From Eledone cirrhosa (lineage: Eukaryota): a stretch of DNA of 64,000 nucleotides. The first letter of the stretch is position 1. The number at the start of each line of letters is the position of its first letter. The translations under genes and the position numbers were made by a program. The notes beneath the pieces were generated by a model. The model was not told the DNA's origin, ran no database searches, and worked only from the letters and a program-made list of their open reading frames with translations. The DNA lies in the NCBI GenBank assembly GCA_964016885.1, contig OZ024750.1, positions 23,312,001 to 23,376,000 on the forward strand. Direction: 5' to 3'. This document shows positions 38,047 through 48,811 of the stretch, one piece after another.

Positions 38047-41000
38047 GGTGGTGGTGAAATGTGGCCATTTCCCCACCAAGCCAATAATTGTTTCTACTTT
38101 AGGCACAAGGCCAGCAATTACACCAGTGCATTACTGGTACTTTATTTTATCGACCGCGTAAGGATGAAAGGCAAAGTTAACCTCAGCGGGATTTGAACTC
38201 AGATCATAAAGGGACGTAACTCTATGCTAGAAAGCATAGCGTCCAACCCTCTACCGATACTGCCAATCAACCACCAAGCCAATAATAGGTCCAAGTCAGA
38301 TATGAAATCCTATTATCAACCCCCTTACAGAGTGTAGTTGAATGTAAGAACTAAAGACACCCAAGGGTTGGGTGGTGGTGATAAACCAGGCAACTACCAA
38401 GACTCAAGTTGTGGTGATGGTGATGGTGATAAACCAGGGAACTACCAAAAGACAAGTGGTGGTGGTGGTGATAAACCAAGCAACTACCAAGACTCAAGTT
38501 GCGGTGGCGGTGATGGTGATAAACCAGGGAACTACCAAAAGACAAGTGGTGGTGGTGGTGGTGATAAACCAGGCAACTACCAAGACTCAAGTTGCGGTGA
38601 TGGTGATGGTGATAAACCAGAGAACTACCAAAAGACAAGTTGTGGTGGTGGTGTTGTTAGTGATGTTAAACCAGGTGACTGAATCAATGTAAAAACTAAA
38701 GTCAAGGCTATCAAGGCAGTGGGGGTGGTTGTGGTGGTGGTGGTGGTGTTAAACAAGGTCACTGAACATTTGTAAGAACTAAAGACTTACCTTAGCAGTG
38801 TCATGGTTTTCAATAACATTGATTGCTTTCTTAGCAAACAAAAATGTTGAATATTCTGTGTTGTTCCTCACAGGCTGTACATTGTGCCGTAGATCATAAC
38901 CACAGTATTTCAAACAGTGGTAATGGGTGTAATAATTTTCACTGCCACCCAAATAACCTGGAACAACATGGTGTATGCTACATGTGTGAGAGGTGATATG
39001 ATTAACGAGAGCAAGATATGGATGATGAGAGCAACAGATAGGGATGGAAAGAAGATAAGGGAAAGGTGTATGCTACATGTGTGAGAAGTGTCATACCTAG
39101 GAGTAGGACATGAGTGATGAATATAGGTTAACAGAAAAGGCTAGGAAAAAGTTAAGGGGAAAGGTGTATGCTACATGTGTGAGAGGTGCTATGATTGATG
39201 AGAGCAAGACATAGATGATGAACATGGGGCAACAGATAGGGGATGGAAAGAAGATAAGATAAGGGAAAGGTGTATGCTACATGTGTGAGGGGTGCCATGA
39301 TATCTGGGAGTAGGACATGGGTGATGAATGTAGGATAACAGAAGGGAAAGGTGTATGCTACATGTGTGAGGGGTGCCATGATATCTGGGAGTAGGACATG
39401 GGTGATGAATGTAGGATAACAGAAGGGAAAGGTGTATGCTACATGTGTGAGGGGTGTCATATCTTGGAGTAGGACATGGGTGATGAATGTGAGGTAACAG
39501 AAAAGGCTGGGAAGAACAGAAAGGTATGATGTATGCTACATGTGTGAGCACATAATGGGTGCATTATATTGTGGTAGAAACATGTAAAAGAAACTTAACA
39601 ATTTCTATGTTATACTTACCAAAATAAGAATCAAAGCCACGGCTAGTTGGAAGACATTCTTTTTTATAGAAGCCCAGATGCCATTTACCAACCATATGAG
39701 TAGCATATCCAGTCTCTCTCATTTTATCTGCTAGAGTTGGACTGTCACGAGGCAGGCAGTTTGGTTGTGGAGGCCATATAATGGCATGTTGTAAGCCTGT
39801 GTGAATCTAAAATAAATATCATCATATGTTTAGCCAGCGCTTAACACCCTGTTATGATTTAAAGCAGGTTTATTAATTGAAATGTCTATAGTATTTTTAT
39901 TAATAATAATTATAAAATAATGAAATTATTGTGTACACTGCTCGGTGCACTACAACTCATCAAAGGTGCATGTATAGTACATAGAATAATGTAGAAATGT
40001 CAGGAAAGTGAACAGTGTATGAGTCATGATATACATACACATATACACACATACATGTGTGTATGTGTATGGAGGGGTATAGTGTTGGCGAATTTCAGGA
40101 AACATGGAATTTTTGAAAGATGCAGTGTCTCGGCAGCTAACAACTGCTGATGCATGTAGTTCATTCTATGCTTCAGCAACTCTGAGCATGAAAAAATGTA
40201 GTAATTTCAATTTTTAATTTGATGTAGTTATTTTGTACTTTCCAACAATATATTGCAAATATAGTTTCACGCGATACAGAAAGTAGGCGTTGCTGTGAAA
40301 TCATGTGTGATCCTAGTCTGTGGTATCTTGGGAAAGTGTGTTTTTTTACCATAGCTTCAGATCTATCCAAGTCTTGTGAGGGAAATTGGGTTGACAGAAA
40401 CTAGGTAGAAACCTCCTCCTCAGCATCATCATAGTTTTATTATAGCTCTAATTCAGATGTTTATCTGTGTTGCATTGTGCCACACTGGTGGTGGTGGTGG
40501 TATAATTGTTTCTACTTTAGGCACAATGCCAGCAATTACCCAGTACATTACTGGTACTTTATTTTATCGACCCCGTAAGGATGAAAGGCAAAGTTAACCT
40601 CGACGGGATTTGAACTCAGACCGTAAAGGGACGTAACTATGCTGGAAAGCATGGCGTCCGACTCTCTACCGATACTGCCAATCCACCATCCTGAGTGGTG
40701 GTATAATGATGACAATAAAATATTTGATAACCCTCATGTCATCCAGCTGTTCCATGGAACACCAAGCCATTATACTACTTAAATTACATGAAATAAGTTG
40801 GAGAACAGGTCAAATTTAAACAGCTGTTACATGAGTTATTGTTATTTAGTATTATTATTGATTATTGATTAAGGGTGGTGCATTGGTAACACTGGTGGAT
40901 CAAAATGCTTTGCAGATCAAATGCAGATCAAAATGCTTTGCAGAATTTACAACGTTTCCTGTTCAAAGTTCAAATCCTGTAGAGCCCAACTTTGCCATTC

Positions 41001-43755
41001 ATCTTTCTGGAAAAGGGGTCAATAAAATAAAGTACCAGTTAAGTACTAGAGTTGATATAATCAACTTTCCCCTTCGCCAAATTGTTGGCCTTCTGCCAGT
41101 GGATTGACAGTATCAGTAGAGCGTCAGACAACAAACATGCTTTATGGCATACAGTTATGGCCCTTTACGTTCTGATTCAAATCCCATAGAGGTTAGCTTT
41201 GCTCTTCATCCTTATGGGGTCAATAAAATAAAGCCCCAGTTACACACTAGGGTCGATTTAATCAACTTTTCCTTTCCCTTCAAATTGCTGTCCTTGTGCC
41301 AAATGTAGAAACAATTATTATTATTATATTATTATTAGTATGTGTCTGTAAATTAAAGGTGGAAAACTGGGAGAGGGCACTTGCCCTGGTGGTCAGGGTC
41401 ACTGTGGCCTTTTAATGGGCTTTCTCCATAAATGTCCCTCGGAAGTCTCCCCCCTATTGGGGAATTTTTCATTGTTATTTTTTATTACATCCTCTGTTTT
41501 TTTTTACACGCAGAAATGCCTATTTGTACCGTCCTGTATTGTCCTGTACTGTCCTTAATGTCTACTTTATGTAAACCCTTGTGGTTAATAAAGAAATCAT
41601 TATTATATTATTATTATTATTATTAGGGCGGTGGATTGTCAGTATCAGTAGAGCGTCAGACACCATGCTTTGCAGCATAGAGTTATGGCCTTTACGTTCC
41701 GAGTTCAAATCCCGCTGTGGGTTGGCGGTATCGGTAGAGGGTCGGACGCCATGCTTTGCAGCACAGTTACGTCCCTTTACGGTCTGAGTTCAAATCCCGC
41801 CAAGGTTAACTTTGCCTTTCATCCTTACGGGGTCGATAAAATAAAGTACCAGTAATGTACTGGGTAATTGCTGGCCTTGTGCCAATTATTAGTTGTAATA
41901 ATATAATAATATTACATTTTATCCTTCAGGATCAATAAAATAAAGTACCAGCCAAATACTGGGATCGATATAATCAAGTTGCTGACCTTGTGCCTGAATC
42001 ATAAACTATTCTTGACAAGTGACAACATTGTTATAACAATTAATAATAATGAAATTATTGTGTACAGTGCTCAAGTGCACTACAACTCATCAAAGGTGCA
42101 TGTGGGTACACAAGAGATGTAGTGAGATAGCAGGCAAACTAACAGGTAGTGAAAACTACATATGCAGTAGATGTACAGGGAAAGTTGGCAGTAATAATCG
42201 CAGTGATAGACACATTTTTCCAATGCAGGTGGGTTCTATAGAAGTGGTTGATAGCCTCCGGTACCTAGGTGATCGGATTAGCATGGGAGGGGGGGGGTTC
42301 CGAGGCCATAGTATCTAGAATAAGGACGGGTTGGAAGAAGTTTAGGGAGCTGCTTCCTCTGTTGACAAAGAAGGGTTTCTCTCTGCGTACGAAAGGGCGG
42401 TTATATGATGCCTGTGTGAGATGCACGATGCTGCATGGTAGTGAGACATGGGCAGCAACTGCAGAAGATATGCAACGGCTGGGGAGAAATGAAGCAAGCA
42501 TGCCAGAGCAAGGGAATGTTTTATTGTGGTGGAATATAATACTTTCATTAATATGGATTGGCACGAGTTCAAATCCTGCCACGGTTAGCTTTGCCTTTCA
42601 TCCTTACGGGGCCGATAAAATAAAGTACCAGTAATGTACTGGAGTCGATTTAATCGACTTTCCCCTCCCCTTCAAATTGCTGGCCTTGTGCCTAAAGTAG
42701 AGACAATTATTATCAATTGGCAGAATCGTTAGACCAAATGCTTTGTGGTATTTAATTACGGTTCAATACGTTTTGAGTTCAAATCCCGCTGATGTTGACT
42801 TTCCATTTCATCCTTCCGGGGATCGATAAAATAAATGTCTAGTCAAGTACTGGAGTTGATTGAAATCGAATTTTCTCCTCTCCCAAAATTGCTGGCTTTG
42901 TGTCTAAATTAGAAAACAGTGCCCGCAGCTGCGAGCCTCTCGAGGTGGAGTGGCTGTCCCAGCGGGTCTCCCTCGCCGTCCTCCGGGACAATATATACTC
43001 CACCCTGTCGGCCAGGACCCAGAGGCGGAAGGTAAGTTAGTTGGGGATGGAGGATACTCGTTCGGACGTCACACATTTCCTCTTCTCATCTACTTTCACT
43101 TATGCTTAAATGAAGCTTTCGAAATTACTGTCAAGTTCGAAAACTTGTCTCTATAAAGTTCATAACTCTTTTGTTACCATATTTCTATGGAAATCCACTA
43201 CGTCTCTGTTTCCAATAATTTTGAAAACAGTCGAGAATTTGGAAGGATCTAATAAATAGTGAATATTTTAACGTTATTAAGCCGTTTTTTTTTTAACAGA
43301 TTATTTTTATATAAAATTGCGATGGAAAGTTTTAATATAAACATTTTAAAAGAAAGTTTTGTATGACGGAACCAGAGGTGGTTTCAGACGGTTTGGTATC
43401 AAAAGGGTTTAAAATATGCATTAAGAAAGGTATAGTTATGTCACATCAACATTTATCTCCACTATATAAACTTTTTAAGGTGAAAAAGTTCACTTACTTG
43501 GTATCTTCCAGACATAAGTTGGCTCCGTGTTGGGGTACAAATAGGCTGGACATAATAGTTTTCAAGTTTAACCCCTTGCCCTGCCAGTCTGTCCAGATTC
43601 GGAGTTTGTATTTCCGAACCATGGTACCCTATGTCGTGAAATCCATAGTCGTCAGCCAAAATAAATACAATATTGGGTTGAGAGGAAGATACTGCAGTAA
43701 ATATACTTATTACAAGTAGGAGAGCAAATGACTGTGGAATACGCGTATGGGTCAT
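31213..43755 (-). CDS. ARSB: Arylsulfatase B-like (N-acetylgalactosamine-4-sulfatase family) gene, 8 coding exons: 43755-43498, 39806-39620, 38957-38791, 37975-37864, 37119-37024, 36061-35818, 32585-32434, 31475-31213; 1479 nt, 492 aa
   Basis: Hand-spliced exons with GT-AG ends and compatible phases give one uninterrupted ORF. It has a signal peptide, [18 protein letters not shown] (Cys->formylglycine), [53 protein letters not shown] and C-terminal GYWGPWE. ARSB versus ARSI/J-type paralog cannot be settled without a phylogeny. Confidence 0.93.
32081..32149 (-). ncRNA. Type I hammerhead ribozyme fold, sense to the ARSB pre-mRNA (intron 7)
   Basis: GCAA-tat-ACAC CTGATGA TGTCACCAGG..CCTGGCCACT GAA ATGTACAT T GTGT-TTGC: palindromic stem III, bulged stem I, imperfect stem II. 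Confidence 0.6.
32434..32585 (-). CDS. ARSB: ARSB-like exon 7 (152 nt)
   Basis: tttcag|(S)[51 protein letters not shown]|gtaagg. Confidence 0.93.
32661..32850 (+). mobile_element. tRNA-SINE copy inserted in a piggyBac-type MITE fragment (ARSB intron 6)
   Basis: GGCGGTGGATTG...GTTCAAATCCC...AGTAGAAAC; flanks ATTCTA(C/T)ATATACT duplicated. Confidence 0.85.
33518..33856. mobile_element. hAT (Charlie-like) non-autonomous element
   Basis: CAGAGGTTCTCAAA...TTTGAGGACTTCTG with 8-bp TSD CCCTAAGA/CCCTAAGG. Confidence 0.75.
34845..34911 (+). ncRNA. Type I hammerhead ribozyme fold
   Basis: Stem I TATTTTAT/ATAAAATA (8 bp), CTGATGA, stem II GGACGTACTG/CAGTACCTCT (9 of 10 pairs incl. one G-U), GAAA, short stem III, AUA cleavage triplet. 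Confidence 0.7.
35248..35427 (+). mobile_element. tRNA-SINE copy
   Basis: Same family; ATTATTATATA on both flanks. Confidence 0.85.
35818..36061 (-). CDS. ARSB: ARSB-like exon 6 (244 nt)
   Basis: tttcag|(D)[82 protein letters not shown]|gtaata. Confidence 0.95.
37024..37119 (-). CDS. ARSB: ARSB-like exon 5 (96 nt)
   Basis: atcag|(G)[32 protein letters not shown]|gtatgt (split codon completes Asp). Confidence 0.93.
37864..37975 (-). CDS. ARSB: ARSB-like exon 4 (112 nt)
   Basis: tttcag|[38 protein letters not shown]|gtaaca. Confidence 0.93.
38089..38275 (-). mobile_element. tRNA-SINE copy with TSD
   Basis: CCAAGCCAATAAT duplicated on both sides. Confidence 0.9.
38370..38680. repeat. Dimeric tandem repeat GATAAACCAGG-AACTACCAA...(GGT)n in ARSB intron 3
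   Basis: Alternating ~48-bp and ~42-45-bp units. Confidence 0.85.
38791..38957 (-). CDS. ARSB: ARSB-like exon 3 (167 nt)
   Basis: ttccag|(G)[55 protein letters not shown]|gtaagt. Confidence 0.93.
38968..39550. repeat. Tandem ~80-110-bp repeat anchored on GGTGTATGCTACATGTGTGAG (ARSB intron 2)
   Basis: Seven copies of the anchor motif. Confidence 0.85.
39620..39806 (-). CDS. ARSB: ARSB-like exon 2 (187 nt)
   Basis: ttag|[63 protein letters not shown]|gtaagt; absent from the ORF track. Confidence 0.95.
39900..40200 (-). mobile_element. CR1-like LINE 3' end; second fragment at ~35130-35205 (+)
   Basis: [25 protein letters not shown] resembles CR1 FF..RV...WN.LP..VV......FK; ATT-rich tail. Confidence 0.65.
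40508..40690 (-). mobile_element. tRNA-SINE copy with TSD
   Basis: GTGGTGGTATAAT duplicated on both sides. Confidence 0.9.
40870..42915 (+). mobile_element. Cluster of nested and partial tRNA-SINE copies in ARSB intron 1, interrupted by other retroelement fragments
   Basis: At least six B-box/core blocks (GTTCAAATCC...CTTTCATCCTT...ATAAAATAAAGTACCAG). Confidence 0.8.
42098..42505 (+). mobile_element. RTE-clade RT-associated fragment (frameshifted)
   Basis: WVHKRCS...CSRC...[12 protein letters not shown] / [18 protein letters not shown]...[17 protein letters not shown]. Confidence 0.8.
42920..43040 (+). mobile_element. Second CRE-like 3' fragment
   Basis: [26 protein letters not shown], homologous to the 21.9-kb fragment. 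Confidence 0.6.
43165..43412 (+). mobile_element. Third TTAA-type MITE family (..TACCATATTTC...GGTTTGGTATCAAAAGGG); relatives at ~22965-23390, 47480-47930 and 51920-52220
   Basis: Shared termini and internal AATAATTTTGAAA block. Confidence 0.6.
43498..43755 (-). CDS. ARSB: ARSB-like exon 1 (258 nt; signal peptide and catalytic CTPTR motif)
   Basis: [38 protein letters not shown]...[14 protein letters not shown], then donor CAA|gtaagt, phase 0. Confidence 0.95.
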
Positions 43756-43804
43756 TATTGATGAAGCAAACGAAATGCCGAATGGAATCGAGTGTATTTC
43801 ACTT

Positions 43805-43820
43805 TAGTTATATATAGAGA
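43805..43820 (-). promoter_or_regulatory. Candidate TATA box of the ARSB-like gene
   Basis: TATATATAA on the minus strand ~55 nt upstream of the ATG; AT-rich background makes this weak. Confidence 0.3.
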
Positions 43821-46800
43821 GAGATGACATAAATATAAAGAGCATAATCACATGCATATCGACAGCTGCTTTGAAACTAAAATCAAGAACAGCATTGTTA
43901 TTACATTCACTGAACTGATCAAAGTTTTAGTAAACATCGAGAAAAGAGGCGTTATTAAAAAATGGGGAATGTAAAAATGTAACTTGGCTCTCCCGAATTA
44001 CCGAAACGAATAACTTTCATTTTAAGTAGATTTTAAAAAACAAAAAATTTTATCCACATTTTTTTGTATATAATTATGGAATTTTTACCATCCTTTTTCC
44101 GTTTTTGTATATAAATATAAATATATGTGTACATTTGTAATACAGTTTGTCATCATCCTTTAATAAATTGAGACTAAAGCAGCAACATTTAAAATTAAAA
44201 TTAAAAATAAAAAATGAAATTTCAAATGTCTTCAAATGTAAGCAAAATATACTTAAAAAGCTTTCATGTATATATCAAAATAATCTACGATTATACTCTA
44301 ATGAAAAAGAGGGAAATGAGATGGAGTTTAAAAGCCTACATTTACATGCACAAAGGGAGGGGTGTGGAAAGAATACATGCAAAAAGCGAAACTTATTCGT
44401 TTCAGTAAATCATGTAAGTCAATCAGGATAATGTCATAGATTTTCTACAGAAACGTAATATCAATTCTACGGCTATGTTTTTCAGTCTGAAGCATTCGAA
44501 ATGGTCGCAGGAGCTGGACAATTAACAACGAGATTCTTATTATAGTTGGGGACTTTCTTTACCGACATATTAGGGGAGGCCCGCGATTGTGCTTGGTTAT
44601 TCCAGCACCTTAGCTTTGCTATCATCCCCAGCAATACTTTGAGTGTGTTGGCTTTCCTGAAAAAAATTGTTAGAGAGAAATTTCAGTGGCCTTTGTGGTG
44701 TGTGTTTTGAGTGTACATATCTTCTCCCAATCTTTCTATATACATATTTTATACACTTACATAATAAATATGATTTTACAACTATGAATTGCAAAAGAAA
44801 ATAACACAGAACTACATGACTGCGAATCAAACTCTTTAACCCATTTAGTACAATCTTCCTTTAAATGTATCTCTTCATATCTTTTAATAATTCAGCTGAT
44901 TCCTTAGTGGATAAATATCTGCCTCGGTTGTGGGGAGGGTAGGAGTAATTTCTTTTGCAGCAGATATACCATGGAATGCAATAGACCTCCATTAATTTTG
45001 ACAATGAGTTTTCCAGTTGTTTGATGAATGGAACAGCCTGCTTGTGGAATTAATATGTAATGGGTTGAACATTCCATAAATATGTGTACCCATACCATTC
45101 TGTGTGATAGTGTGCAATGGGGCAGGCCCTTTGGTTACAGGTACAGTGAGGGGGCTTCTAAACAGTCTCCATCTACCTAATTCCACACAAAGCTTGGGTA
45201 CATCTGAAGCCATGGTAAATGACATTTTTTTAAGATGACACACAATAAGATCAAACCTGTGACCTTATCATTGTCAAGAGAACTTCTCAACCATTCAGCC
45301 AGGCTATGTCCACAAGCAGGTAGATACCATACAATGCCTGATCCAGTCGTTCTTGGCCATTTTTGTTCTATGGCCCACAACACCTCATAATATTATCATG
45401 CCCTACCTCATATTTGTTCTAGGTCTCCGCATTTTGAGTTCCAATTTGCTTAGGCCCACTTTGCCTTTTATCCTTTTCTGGTTGAATAAGAAAGTACAAG
45501 CACAGTGCTGGTGCAGCCATCTCTTATGCCAGCTGTCACATCCTAGATGTTCCACTTGGTCGAGAGAGTATAAGAGTCTGCTCACCACTACAAAGTATGC
45601 ACATACTACCATATCATACTCAGTTGTGGTGACTCCAGTGGTTTGTGTTTCATTTAATTTTTTTAAATAATCAAGAATTTGCAAGTAACATAACTTAACA
45701 TTTGGATTTAGTAACATAACTTAAGCTGGTCTTTGAGTCATGACTTAAGAAAATATCCTTAATACCAAATTATTGTAGTAGGGTATATTTGATGATGTCC
45801 TTCGAAATTAGGTTTTTGTGTGAGAATCAGAGATGGATTAGCATTCAAGTTGTGAATATTTGAAGTCTTATATTTCAAATTACCATTAAATACACAACTA
45901 AAGTTTAGAAATCGTTTGTAGTCGAAATAGAAAGAAATGTTGTTCCATAGTTAAAATCATAAGATTTGGGGTTTGATTCCTAGGTGAGGTGATGCATTGT
46001 GTCTCTGAGCAAGGTACTTCATTTCATGTTGTTCCTGTTCACTCAACTGAAAATTAATTACCAGTGGCAGTTGGGGGTTAGCTTTGTGCTGGACTGGCAT
46101 CCAATCTAAAAGAGAGAGGAGTCTTTCTTGAACAACAAAAATGATTTAGCTTTGGTAAGTGGTTGAAATAAGGAGGAAAAAGCTGCCCAGATCATGCAAC
46201 TCAGAACACAAACATGGCTATGTGGTTAAATAGTTCAATTCCCAAGACCATGATTCCAGGTTTGATCCCAATGTTTATATCTACAGCAAGTGTCCTACAT
46301 CATAGCTTGATGTTGATCCAAACCATGAATGAAATTTGATAGACAAAACTATGAACAGGCTGGATGTATGATTAAGGAGCTTGCTTCACAACTTCGTAGT
46401 TCCAGTTTCAATCCTTCTGTGTGGTATATTGGACAAATGTCTTCTATAGCCTCAAGTTGACCTATGCCTTGTAAATGAAAATTTGGTTGACTGAAACTGT
46501 GTCCATGTCTCTGATTATCTCAAATGACTTAGCAGCTTGACAAAATAAGTCCAGGATTTAAAAAATATGGTGCTCCAGCATAACCATAGTCTATTGACTG
46601 AAACCAGTAAAAGAATAAAAGAAAGTCCCATCAGATCTTACCTATCCTTCGTTAGTAGACCTAATTGATCCCCACTCACTCCTCGGATGACTTTAATTAA
46701 GTCCAGTCTATTGTGAGTATTTGGAGCCTGTCTAGTCTGAAGACAGCTGGATATCTTGATGTACTGCTTCCAACTGTAGTAATCCATCTCCTTCTCTAAT

Positions 46801-46869
46801 CATAGAGGCCAGTAAGTCATGAGAGCTGCTTTTGCTCCTTTGACTAAACACCACCACCATCAAGTTTAA

Positions 46870-47077
46870 CCCTTTAGCATTTAAACCAGCCATATCCAGT
46901 CAGAATTCTCTCACCTCTTTCTGCTCAAATTGACCATAACCGGCTGCTGATACCAATGTTAAGGTATTGTTCTCAAAATATATAATATCAAAATCTCATA
47001 GATTTGATATTATGTAAGGTAAAGCCTTTACCATGAAAATACAATAGTATATATAGAGTAATGTAAATGCTAAAGGG
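46870..47077 (-). mobile_element. piggyBac-type MITE, same family
   Basis: TTAA-flanked, same TIR, opposite orientation. Confidence 0.85.
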
Positions 47078-48600
47078 TTAAAACTCATTAGCTAAGTTCA
47101 AATCCCACTGCAATCAACTTTGCCTTTCATCCTTCTAGAGTCGATAAATAAAGAACTAATCTAGAGTGATAGACTAGCAGTATCATTAGTGCATTGGACA
47201 AAATGCAGTGTTCTGAGTTCAAATTCCACTGTATTCTACTTAGGTGGTAGACTTAACACCACCACTTGGTCCTTGGGCACCTTTAACAGAGTACATTTTG
47301 TTGTAAGCATTCAAGCCAGCTCTCTGATTTAATGATACTTGTCTCCAACCAGAAAATCACCGATTAAGCAACAACAAAAGAAAGGTCTGTAAATATTTGT
47401 TTACATCAGTAACAGATTCTCTATGCCATTCTAGTTACTTGCTTCTCATTGGTCAGATCAGTGAATAGTAAAGCAGTTTAACCCTTCATTACCATATTTT
47501 TAATGAAAGACACTACCTATGATTTGCAAATAATTTTGAAATTAAATAAGTATTGAAGAGATTTAGTAATATGACTAAATTTCTCATTATTTAGCTGGTG
47601 ACTAAAACAAAACTCAACGAAGGTTCTTATGGTAGGTTTCTAGATAAATATAAACATTTTAAAACAAAGTTTTGCAACATAGAACCAGGAGCATTTTCAG
47701 ACAGTTTGGTATCAAAAAGACTTGTAATATAACTAATTTTCTCATTATTATGTTGCTGTTTGAAATGTAACTTAACATTTTAAATCTTAAATTGTTACAT
47801 TGCAAGCGAGCTTGAAGTTATGAACTGTTGGAAGAGTTCATAACTTTGAAAACAGCACTGAAGAGGTTAAAATAAAGTGTTGTATCATAGAACGAGGGCC
47901 AGTTTTATGTGGTTTGGTATTAAAAAGGTTAAAAGATATACATCACTTATTAATAGACAAGATGAATAAATAAAAAGGATGAAAATCATTGTAATGACCA
48001 GTGGCATGTATTCCTTGGAAGTAAGGTAAGCTATGTTTGGATTAATTAATCAATTACTAATCATTTAGGATTGTTTTGAAAACAGCTCAGCCAACCATTA
48101 CCATCACATGCTTTTGGAAAATGGGTTCTAACCCCAAAATATTATGAAATATAAGGTAAATGTATAAACTGTTGTTTTGTTTGTCTTACTGAGTTTTACT
48201 CTTTATTTCACTTCTTTATTTCTAACTTGCATTGTACTGGCTTTCCCAAAACAATCCCTACTACATGTTTCACAATATTGCATATAATTACATTATTTAT
48301 TTAATTACCTAACTCCTCATTATCATAGTATTTGGGAAGATTTTTGTAATCATGGCAAATTAATAATAGGATAAACTGTTGTTTCTTTTTTAAATGTGAG
48401 GTCAGTCTGTTAAATACACACCATTCCATTTGGAAGAGAAGACATCACAGTGTACGACTAGTCCCTCAACATTCCATTAAAATAACATAGTATAACTGTG
48501 TGAGGCTCCTGTCTTCCAAATACATAATCCATTTGCTTACCCTAATATTTTCCCCAATAACACACCACTGGTAATAACCATTTGTTATTGCTATCTTTAA

Positions 48601-48811
48601 CCCTTTAGCATTTACATGACTCTATATATACTATTGTATTTTTGTAGTAAAGGCTTTATCTTACATAATTATCTCACATAATATCGAATCTACGAGATTT
48701 TGATGTTAGTTATTTTGAAAACAATACCTTAACATCAGTATGAGCGACCAGTTGGAACAGAAAGAAGTGAAAGAATTCTGGCCATATCTGGCCGGTTTAA
48801 ATGCTAAAGGG
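48601..48811 (+). mobile_element. piggyBac-type MITE, same family
   Basis: TTAA|CCCTTTAGCATTTA...TAAATGCTAAAGGG|TTAA. Confidence 0.85.

Noticed and set aside
37475-38106. His/Thr/Ile-rich ORFs around ARSB exon 4
   Set aside because: Only 37975-37864 is coding; the flanks are degenerate GAT/GGT/GTA triplet repeats.
38338-38682. [12 protein letters not shown]-repeat ORF antisense in ARSB intron 3
   Set aside because: Short tandem repeat with no ATG start or splice context.
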